The notes under the pieces: model-generated
Databases searched by the model: none
What the model saw: the letters and a program-made list of their open reading frames with translations, nothing else
What the model was told of the DNA's origin: nothing
Shown: positions 1 through 7,447 of the stretch, in pieces
Numbering within the stretch: position 1 is the stretch's first letter
Layout: every line of letters begins with the position of its first letter
Position numbers and translations under genes: made by a program
From: Candidatus Hodarchaeota archaeon
Lineage (GTDB): Archaea; Asgardarchaeota; Heimdallarchaeia; Hodarchaeales; Hodarchaeaceae
Assembly: GCA_016839785.1 (NCBI GenBank)
Contig: JAEOTQ010000074.1
Location: 1 to 14,423 of the forward strand
Direction: 5' to 3'
Length of the DNA: 14,423 nucleotides

Positions 1-676
1 CTGTAACCACAAAATAATCAATACGCCATCCAATATTCCTTTCCCTTGCATTTGATCGATATGTCCACCATGAATAATGATCTGGATCTTGGTTGAACAT
101 CCGAAAGGTATCGATATAACCATGATCTAAAAGCTCGGTAAAGAATGCCCTTTCAGTTGGAGAAAACCCAGCATTCTTCTGATTAGTTTTAGGGTTTTTT
201 AAATCAATTTCCTTATGTGCAACGTTAAAATCGCCACATAAAACAACAGGTTTCTTTCTTTTCAACTTTTCTGTATATTTTAAGAGTGTCTGGTTAAATT
301 CTTGTTTATATTCTATACGTTTGAGTTCTCGTTGAGCGTTTGGAAAGTATAAATTGATAAGAAAAAAATTATCAAACTCCAATTGAAGAAATCGACCTTC
401 TGTATCAAGGATTGTGTGTCCTGTTTTTGTGACAGTACTCAAGGGTTTATTTCGAGTTAAAGTCAATACGCCACTGTACCCTTTCTTTTCAGCTGAATGC
501 CAATATAATTCATAGTCAGGAAGATCAAATGCTAAAGACAGTTGATCTGGTTGCGCTTTTGTCTCTTGAATAGCTAAAATGTCTGGTTTCCGTTGTGTAA
601 CCCATGGTAGAAAACTTCCCTTTGATATACACGCTCTAATACCATTAACATTCCATGAAAGTAATTCTAACACCAT
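1..676 (-). CDS. xth: Exodeoxyribonuclease III / AP endonuclease (partial, 3' end runs off the window)
   Basis: Manual translation from ATG at 676 gives MVLELLSWNVNGIRAC...PDILAIQETK and, at the window edge, WWTYRSNARERNIGWRIDYFVVT. These are hallmark ExoIII motifs. Absent from the ORF track because there is no stop in the window. Confidence 0.95.
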   Translation of the reverse strand, partial: MVLELLSWNVNGIRACISKGSFLPWVTQRKPDILAIQETKAQPDQLSLAFDLPDYELYWHSAEKKGYSGVLTLTRNKPLSTVTKTGHTILDTEGRFLQLEFDNFFLINLYFPNAQRELKRIEYKQEFNQTLLKYTEKLKRKKPVVLCGDFNVAHKEIDLKNPKTNQKNAGFSPTERAFFTELLDHGYIDTFRMFNQDPDHYSWWTYRSNARERNIGWRIDYFVVT

Positions 677-823
677 CAAAAACACCAATAATATATTGAA
701 AAGGATTCTTTCAAATCGATTAAGGTGTATTTTGTTGTGAATGTCTGGGGGAAAAGATTTGTAAATTACTCGATGATAAGAAATATTCAACTTTCTCAAT
801 GATAATTTGGTGTTGCAATAAAG

Positions 824-1663
824 ATGGCTGTTATTGGTACGGTAGAAGATCTTGTCAAGCGAGTAATTACTCCGAATAAAAAAATCTCGTTTGGGGGAGC
901 GGCACTCTTCCTAAAACCCATGGAAGTTGTTAGAGAAATTATCCGTCAGGGAATTAAAGAGTTAGAAATATACACGCTAATTGGTGACCTTGATATTGAT
1001 CTTCTCCTGGGAGTGAATGCAGTTAAGGAACTCCATTCTAGCTATGTAGGTTTACCTATGGTTGGAATGGCGAAACACTTTCGAAATGCTATTGAAAAAG
1101 AACAGAGTGTTATTTTCAAAGAATGGACTGAACTAAGTATGGTTAGGGCATTTCAAGCTGGGGCAATGGGAACTCCTGCAATAATGTTACGTTCATTACT
1201 TGGATCAGATCTTGTTAAACTTCGGGAAGATTTTGAAGAAGTAACATATGGAGGAAAGGAGTATATTCAAGTACCCGCTATTGTTCCAGATCTTGCGATC
1301 GTTCACGCTTATGCTGCTGATAAGAATGGAAATGTGTATTATCCCAAACATCACGCTCTAGATGAATTTTCAACTCTTCCAGCCCACTGCGCTAAAGAAT
1401 TATTTGTGACTGTTGAAAAAGTAATAACAAATGAAGAGGGCAGAAAACTAATTCAACAAGGACAGGCGACAATGTTTTCATCAATTGACACTGATTTTAT
1501 TGCTGAAACACCGAAAGGAGCCTGGCCCTCAGGGTTTCCTCCATTTTATGCAAGTGATATGGGTCATATCATGACCTATTCCGGAATGTCTCAAATGCCA
1601 GAGACTTTTGAGATTTATTTACAGGAATATGTTTTTGGAACACAGGAGGCGGAAAATCGATGA
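824..1663 (+). CDS. Family I CoA-transferase-fold protein, alpha subunit (GctA/IpdA-like)
   Basis: ISFGG...KPMEVVREIIRQG, DIDLLLG, AGAMGTP...SLLGSD, PDLAIVHA..AD..GN and GAWPS motifs. The stop overlaps the next start (ATGA 1660-1663). Confidence 0.88.
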   Translation: MAVIGTVEDLVKRVITPNKKISFGGAALFLKPMEVVREIIRQGIKELEIYTLIGDLDIDLLLGVNAVKELHSSYVGLPMVGMAKHFRNAIEKEQSVIFKEWTELSMVRAFQAGAMGTPAIMLRSLLGSDLVKLREDFEEVTYGGKEYIQVPAIVPDLAIVHAYAADKNGNVYYPKHHALDEFSTLPAHCAKELFVTVEKVITNEEGRKLIQQGQATMFSSIDTDFIAETPKGAWPSGFPPFYASDMGHIMTYSGMSQMPETFEIYLQEYVFGTQEAENR

Positions 1664-2472
1664 GTAAAAATCAAGATTATACACCAGTCGATCAAATCGT
1701 TGTTTCTCTGGCTCGTGAAATTAATGATTACGAATCCTGCTATACTGGAATAGCAATTCCTTCCGCAGTTGTAGCAGTTCAGCTTGCACGTATGACTCAC
1801 GCACCAAATCTTCAGTTTTTTTATGGAGGATATTGGATTAATCCAGATTTTGATGTTGATTTGTTTACAATCATGACAGACACAGAAGCATTCATAGAAT
1901 CAATTTCGAAAGCTCAAGGCTTTTCCTATTTAAGTCAACTTTACCAGTATTGGGAAGGTCCGAAGCATACTTTATCATTCGGTTTTATCCGTCCAGCTCA
2001 GATCGATCAATTTGGTAATATTAATAATAGTGTAATAGGTGATCCTAAACATCCTAAATTCCGTTTTCCAGGTGGAGCAGCTGCTGGAGACATTATCAAC
2101 ACATGCAGTCGTGTGATTGCCTATATTCCACGACAAGATACTCGAACCTTTGTACCAAATGTTGACTTTATTACTGGAAAAGGGAGCTCTTTAGAGTGGA
2201 GGAAAAACATTGGGTTGCACAATTATCAAGGAATTAGGAGTATAGTCACTGATCTAGCTGTTTTAGAATTCAATCCTAGGAATGAGAAGATGTGCGTTCG
2301 TTCTATTCACGAATTTTCGACTGTTGAGGAAGTTCAAGAGAACACGGGTTTCGATTTAGAGATTCCTTCAGATGTTCCAATTACACAAGCTCCTACTCAA
2401 GAGGAAATGGAAATACTTCAGACAAGAGCTGATCCTCTAGAAATTCGTAACTTTGATTCCCGTAATAGGTAA
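1660..2472 (+). CDS. Family I CoA-transferase-fold protein, beta subunit (GctB/IpdB-like)
   Basis: TGIAIP...LARMTHAPNL, AQIDQFGNINNS, RFPGGAAAGDI, FVPNVDFITG, IVTDLAVLEF and EEVQENTGFDL motifs. Translationally coupled to the alpha subunit. Confidence 0.88.
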   Translation: MSKNQDYTPVDQIVVSLAREINDYESCYTGIAIPSAVVAVQLARMTHAPNLQFFYGGYWINPDFDVDLFTIMTDTEAFIESISKAQGFSYLSQLYQYWEGPKHTLSFGFIRPAQIDQFGNINNSVIGDPKHPKFRFPGGAAAGDIINTCSRVIAYIPRQDTRTFVPNVDFITGKGSSLEWRKNIGLHNYQGIRSIVTDLAVLEFNPRNEKMCVRSIHEFSTVEEVQENTGFDLEIPSDVPITQAPTQEEMEILQTRADPLEIRNFDSRNR

Positions 2473-2530
2473 AAAATTAAGAGTGAGAATAACAGCGTTA
2501 GATAATCCTAATTAAATTCCTCGCCAATTT

Positions 2531-3799
2531 TTGGGTGACTATATGGATTCTATAACGGCTCGTAACTCTGTTTCGTATAATCGTGCTACTTGGACTGCAG
2601 GATTAGCAACATTATTTGCTAATGTACCCCTCTTGATATATGGATTATATGTGAACATTTTTTTACGAGAAGACCTCTTAACAATCATTCTAATCGTCAC
2701 AATAATCGGGACAATACGAAATATACTCCAGATCTTTTTACGAATTCCCCTCGGCGAATTATCCCAGATTATTGGTCGAAAACCGTTAATAATAATGGGG
2801 CATATTTCTTATACAATCGCACTTCTTCTTATGAGTATAGCCTCTGATTGGACTTTAGTGTTTTTAAGTACTGCTTTTATTGGATTTGGGATGTCATGTT
2901 ATTGGCCTGCTATTTTTGGCTACCTCGGAGATGTGGATATTGAGCGTATGGGTGAATCTCAAGGACGGATTTTTCGACAAAGCGACATTGGCTCTATAGT
3001 TGGATCAATTTTTGCATTCTACCTTCTAGACACCTTAGATTTTTCGTTGCAGGAACTTTTTGGTACAATAGCTGTAATTTCAGTTATTTCTGGAATAATT
3101 ACATTTATTCTCCTCCCAGAATCATTAACAAAAGAAAATAGGAAGGCTGTGGATAATATTCCTAAGGCGCTCCTCAACTCTTGGTCAACGATGATTCAAT
3201 CACTAAGATCGATGAGCACTACGAATCACTTATGGCATGTTTACTTCTTTCATTTCATTTTAGCTTTTATAGAATTTACTACCAGCTATTTTGTTCCATT
3301 AATTATAGTTTCTAAGGGATTTACAAATGCTGATGTATCAGCTATTTGGTTATGGTCACTTATCTTGGTTTTTTGGATGAAACCATACCTAGGAAAATTG
3401 ACTGACAAGTTTGAGTTTGTTTCAGCTATAACTGTATCTATGATAGTGACCTGTGCTTCAGTACTCGGTTATGTATTCGTGAACGAATTTATTTTACTAG
3501 TTGGAGCTTATATTTTGGCTAATAGTTCAATTTTAGTATCTTACATCGCAGCAAATGGAGAAACAGCTAGACGAGCACCTATAGAGTCTCGCGGTATGGC
3601 CTTGGGGGTATTTGGTGTTTATGTATCCCTTGGAAGGTCAACATCAACCATCGTCTTAGGGCCTATCTGGGAATTCTTTAATTTAAGTGCTGTTTTTGTG
3701 TTTACATCGATTCTCATATTTTTTATGATTTTTCTTCTCAGAAGGGTGATTAGAAATAATCAAAGTGCGGAATTAACGAAGACGCTTTCATCTATCTAA
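2531..3799 (+). CDS. Major facilitator superfamily transporter
   Basis: About 12 hydrophobic segments, with motif A variants GELSQIIGRK and GKLTDKFE. The start may instead be ATG at 2543. Confidence 0.88.
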   Translation: MGDYMDSITARNSVSYNRATWTAGLATLFANVPLLIYGLYVNIFLREDLLTIILIVTIIGTIRNILQIFLRIPLGELSQIIGRKPLIIMGHISYTIALLLMSIASDWTLVFLSTAFIGFGMSCYWPAIFGYLGDVDIERMGESQGRIFRQSDIGSIVGSIFAFYLLDTLDFSLQELFGTIAVISVISGIITFILLPESLTKENRKAVDNIPKALLNSWSTMIQSLRSMSTTNHLWHVYFFHFILAFIEFTTSYFVPLIIVSKGFTNADVSAIWLWSLILVFWMKPYLGKLTDKFEFVSAITVSMIVTCASVLGYVFVNEFILLVGAYILANSSILVSYIAANGETARRAPIESRGMALGVFGVYVSLGRSTSTIVLGPIWEFFNLSAVFVFTSILIFFMIFLLRRVIRNNQSAELTKTLSSI

Positions 3800-3818
3800 G
3801 AATGCCAGCTGAATCTCT

Positions 3819-4301
3819 CTATTTTAATCTTTGAATGACGGTCGCAGGACAGACTTTCGTAATCCCTGATAATTGCTCCAAATTCCTTAGAAAAACTGTT
3901 AAATGATCATTATCTTTGAACCAGCATTCCATCAGAAAATCATGATCTAGACTCGTTTGAAAAATACTTTTAACTTCTGGCCATTCCTTCACTTCTTCTA
4001 TAGTTTGAATATATGATTCAGCATCAACATCAAAACCAATAAATGAAGAAAGTTCATAACCGAGTTTTCTAGGATCAATTTCAATCGTAAATCTCTTAAT
4101 AATTCCTTCTTTCTTAAGATTATTAACACGCTTGCGTACAGCAGTATCTGATACATTTAGCAGATTTGCTAATTCTTTCCAATTTTTACTAGAATCTTGT
4201 AATAAATAATTTAACAAATCATCTACAATGATTTGGCCTTTACTCTCCTTGAGTTCAACTTTATTTGCCATAAGAAACTGATCCGAATGAGAATGGTTCA
4301 T
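3819..4301 (-). CDS. Lrp/AsnC family transcriptional regulator (LrpA-like)
   Basis: HTH ELANLLNVSDTAVRKRVNNLKKEGII, linker IDPRKLGY, and C-terminal GITKVCPA..LK as in Pyrococcus LrpA. The true start may be ATG at 4271. Confidence 0.92.
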   Translation of the reverse strand: MNHSHSDQFLMANKVELKESKGQIIVDDLLNYLLQDSSKNWKELANLLNVSDTAVRKRVNNLKKEGIIKRFTIEIDPRKLGYELSSFIGFDVDAESYIQTIEEVKEWPEVKSIFQTSLDHDFLMECWFKDNDHLTVFLRNLEQLSGITKVCPATVIQRLK

Positions 4302-4336
4302 TGTTCGATATCATATTCGAGTAATAAGTGTCTATA

Positions 4337-4353
4337 GGTTCGAATTCCGAACC
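4337..4353. promoter_or_regulatory. Inverted repeat GGTTCG-N5-CGAACC, candidate Lrp operator
   Basis: Perfect 6-bp arms in the divergent Lrp/ferritin intergenic region, with extra TTCG half-sites at 4304 and 4316. Confidence 0.55.
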
Positions 4354-4470
4354 ATGAAGTACTAAAGCCTGCAGAAAAAAGTGTTGTTAGATATCTTCTT
4401 ATGCAAACAATTAGTATAAGGATACCAAAAAACGGTTAAAAAGATAAATATTTATTAGAGGTTGAATAAA

Positions 4471-4968
4471 ATGGCTTTAATTAGTGAAAAATTTAATAAT
4501 GCGTTAAACGCTCAAATTCAGGAAGAATTAGATTCCGCGTACATTTACTTATCAATGACAACTTGGTTGAAGGAACATAACTTCAATAATTTGGGTGAAT
4601 GGTTCTTTTTTCAGTATAATGAAGAACTAACCCATGCTTACAAGTTTATGGACTATATTGTTGAGACTGGAGGCACCGTCAAATTACTTCCACTCAATGC
4701 CCCTAAAAATGACTGGCAAAATGTTGAAGAAATCGTTAAGGCTGCATATGCTCATGAACAACATATCACAGGCAAAATTAATGAGTTAGTCGTTCTTGCA
4801 GAAGAACTGAAAGATTATGGCCCTCGACAATTACTTACCTGGTTTGTTAGTGAACAGATTGAGGAAGAAGCATCGACTAGTGAGTTAGTTGATCGTCAAG
4901 CAGCTTTCCATAACGATATGTTATTCGATCATCATACCCATCGCGTTACCGAATCCTCAGAAGAATAA
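4471..4968 (+). CDS. ftn: Non-heme ferritin
   Basis: Ferroxidase motifs QIQEELDSAYIY, EELTHA, HEQHIT and EQIEEE. The SD-like GAGGT at 4458-4462 favours ATG 4471 over TTG 4462. Confidence 0.93.
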   Translation: MALISEKFNNALNAQIQEELDSAYIYLSMTTWLKEHNFNNLGEWFFFQYNEELTHAYKFMDYIVETGGTVKLLPLNAPKNDWQNVEEIVKAAYAHEQHITGKINELVVLAEELKDYGPRQLLTWFVSEQIEEEASTSELVDRQAAFHNDMLFDHHTHRVTESSEE

Positions 4969-4978
4969 ATCTATAATA

Positions 4979-5014
4979 ACTGACTTAGATAATAGGTCAG
5001 TCTTCTATTTTTTT
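4979..5014 (+). terminator. Putative terminator of ferritin (hairpin plus T-tract)
   Basis: ACTGAC (4979-4984) pairs with GTCAGT (4996-5001), followed by T7 at 5008-5014, between convergent genes. Confidence 0.55.
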
Positions 5015-5028
5015 CTATACTCCTCTCA

Positions 5029-7224
5029 TCATTCATAGAGGAAGAGTTTAATCTCATCTACAAGCTTATTTAGAGCCCTTTTTTCCTCTCTGGGGAGTAA
5101 GAGATCTTGAACATGGGGTTCAATGACATCATCGATACTACGTGCTTCAGCGACTTCATATTCATATTTTAACTCCATTGGATCTATTATCAGTTCGAAA
5201 AACTTTGCTACTTTCCCTGGTCGAGTTGCTCTTCCTACTCTTTGTATTTGCTCTCGTCGATTTTTTGTACCAGAAACAATGATGATTGTATCAGCAGGAG
5301 CGTCAAATCCTTCATTTAACATCTTAACAAGAATTAGGGTGTTAATTTCGTTTTGTCGAAATTTATCAAGGAGAATATTGAATTCTTTATCATTCAGGAC
5401 TGTTTCACCCGTTAGTAAAGTACTCTCTATCTTTCGATCTTTCAAAAACTTGTGGATAGCTTTTGCATGATTGATTCGACTTGTGAAAACAAGAGTTTGT
5501 GATGTCAACGGTGATTCAAGCAGTTTGTATACAGCGAACATCTTGTAACGTGCTTCTCGTGAAATTTTTCCATAAGAAGACTTCCCCTTTTGGTTAATTA
5601 TGGTTTTTTCCTCTGATGTTAAGGGAATATGTATTCTTTCAGAGTATATTGGAGCAATGAACCCCTCACGAGCTAATAAACCATAATTAATCTTGTGAAT
5701 GATTGGACCCATACACGCTACTACTAAACTTGAGTGTAAAGATTTTTCAATCGTAGCACTAAGCGCCATACGACGAGGGATCTCTAAATCTACCGCAATA
5801 TGACGAAACGTCTCTGCTTGGATATGATGTGACTCATCTGCGATTAATAGTCCGAATTTATCCGAGAAAAATCCAATCGTATCTTTAACTAGCAATTTGT
5901 CCCGAGATACTTTATCCAGTTCTTTCTTTTCTAACGCATGAAAATCCTGTAAGTATTGGGCAAGTAATTGAAATGTCGAAATAACTATCTGATACTGACG
6001 GAAAGCTTTTTTCTGTCCAGTAAAAATTCCGATATCAGAGGGTTTCACCCCAATGAACTTTCCAATTTGATCTATCCATTGATCAACTAAAGCGAGATTA
6101 GGAACAAGAATCAAAGTCCGTTGTTGGATCTGTCGTATTGCATCTATCCCAATAATGGTTTTTCCTGCCCCTGTGGGTAATTGTATTGTACCAAATTCTT
6201 GATTTTCAAACCATTTCTCAATACCTGTTTGTTGGTAAGACCGTAATTCATAATTGTGTAGCATTTCAGTCTTCCAGATTTTCTTACTTGGTGTAGGAGA
6301 AAATGGAGTGTATTTCAAATCAAATAAAGCTCTAGCTTGCGTTTCCGCCAGACTTTTTTCCACCATACGCCAGAAATGATTGGCTCGAAAAGCAGCCCAA
6401 TAAGCTACTTCTATCTCTCGCTCATCTACCTGAGTAATACAATGGAGATAGTCGGAATTAGGATCATCTTCTGATCGTATTGCCATATAACGTGAAAAAA
6501 TATCGAATAGTGTATGGAACCATGTATTAAATGCCTTATTCCACTTTATCCTTAATTTATCATCAACCGATTCGACAACGATTGAATAATCCTGATGGCC
6601 ACTCTCAGAAAGTGAATCTAGTTTCTCCTTTGTTCCTGGACTATATTTAATTGTAACTCCTGTTTTTTGTAAGAGTTTAATATCTTCATGGACAAGATGT
6701 GGGAATTGGAGAATGAATTTCGTTGGTCTATGAGTTCGTTTGTGTTCCCAATAGCTATTATGTTTCCGCCAATTTCGCTCCCAGATTCGAAATTGTTCAC
6801 CTATCCAAGGATAATAGAAGAATTTCCGATCATAATCCTCTGGTTCCTCTTCTTTCTTTAAATATTCAAAATAATCCTCTACATTTAAACTTCGTGAGCG
6901 TTCTTTCTTATAGTGAGAGCGTCGTATTGGGATCCATGCATTAATTTGCGTAAAAGGGTACCAGGGGAAATCAATTAGAAAACTCAAGTCCTCTTGAATT
7001 GTTATTTGGAACTCACTTTTTTCAGCAGTAATGAAGTTAATCCATGCCTCCTCGGTAATTGAAGCACCTTTCATACGTGGACTCTGCTTTCCCCGTAATC
7101 CAAGATTAGGCGAAGAACAGAGATGAGTTCGAATTTTATGGCGACATAATGGAGCAGAGCATTTACTACATCGGTAAATTTTTGCACCTGCTTCCGCACA
7201 TTCATTACATATTTCTAAGCTAAT
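5029..7224 (-). CDS. XPB/Rad25-like SF2 (DExH) helicase with long N-terminal region and probable N-terminal zinc finger
   Basis: LRSYQ Q-motif, LPTGAGKT, DESHH, SAT and QRVGRATR. The first ATG is at 7074, but the frame stays open to 7233 and encodes a Cys/His finger. A probable ATT start lies at 7224 or 7227 after a GAGGG SD; the start position is uncertain. Confidence 0.85.
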   Translation of the reverse strand: MSLEICNECAEAGAKIYRCSKCSAPLCRHKIRTHLCSSPNLGLRGKQSPRMKGASITEEAWINFITAEKSEFQITIQEDLSFLIDFPWYPFTQINAWIPIRRSHYKKERSRSLNVEDYFEYLKKEEEPEDYDRKFFYYPWIGEQFRIWERNWRKHNSYWEHKRTHRPTKFILQFPHLVHEDIKLLQKTGVTIKYSPGTKEKLDSLSESGHQDYSIVVESVDDKLRIKWNKAFNTWFHTLFDIFSRYMAIRSEDDPNSDYLHCITQVDEREIEVAYWAAFRANHFWRMVEKSLAETQARALFDLKYTPFSPTPSKKIWKTEMLHNYELRSYQQTGIEKWFENQEFGTIQLPTGAGKTIIGIDAIRQIQQRTLILVPNLALVDQWIDQIGKFIGVKPSDIGIFTGQKKAFRQYQIVISTFQLLAQYLQDFHALEKKELDKVSRDKLLVKDTIGFFSDKFGLLIADESHHIQAETFRHIAVDLEIPRRMALSATIEKSLHSSLVVACMGPIIHKINYGLLAREGFIAPIYSERIHIPLTSEEKTIINQKGKSSYGKISREARYKMFAVYKLLESPLTSQTLVFTSRINHAKAIHKFLKDRKIESTLLTGETVLNDKEFNILLDKFRQNEINTLILVKMLNEGFDAPADTIIIVSGTKNRREQIQRVGRATRPGKVAKFFELIIDPMELKYEYEVAEARSIDDVIEPHVQDLLLPREEKRALNKLVDEIKLFLYE

Positions 7225-7447
7225 AATAAGCCCTCATTCGGCTGGGTAGAGATTTTTTGAGTAAATTAATTAACGTCGAATACAAATTTTCAGGGATACA
7301 CCCCTAAATAGTAAAAAATTATGAGTAACGACTAATTTTTCGATTTTAGTAAAAATCCCTCTAATTTTCTATTTCTTATGGTAAAATTAAATATTTTTCG
7401 TCCCTGAACTCGTTTTTGGAGTATGTTACATAATTTCGAATTTTGTT

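Noticed and set aside
686-714. Short inverted repeats CAATA/TATTG and TTGAAA/TTTCAA between xth and the CoA-transferase genes
   Set aside because: Arms of 5-6 bp in AT-rich DNA cannot be told apart from chance.
1615-1800. Cys-rich antisense ORF (CYNCGRNC)
   Set aside because: Overlaps both well-supported CoA-transferase genes, so the Cys pattern is likely a reverse-strand artefact.
4337-4348. GGTTCGAATTCC resembles a tRNA T-loop
   Set aside because: No cloverleaf, acceptor stem or D-arm in the flanks. It is better explained as part of the GGTTCG/CGAACC palindrome.
4979-5001. Hairpin after ferritin as an iron-responsive element
   Set aside because: Lacks the CAGUGN loop and is followed by a T-tract, so a terminator is more likely.
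7260-7447. Several AATTTTC-like words upstream of the helicase
   Set aside because: Irregular spacing in a very AT-rich spacer; too little information to call.
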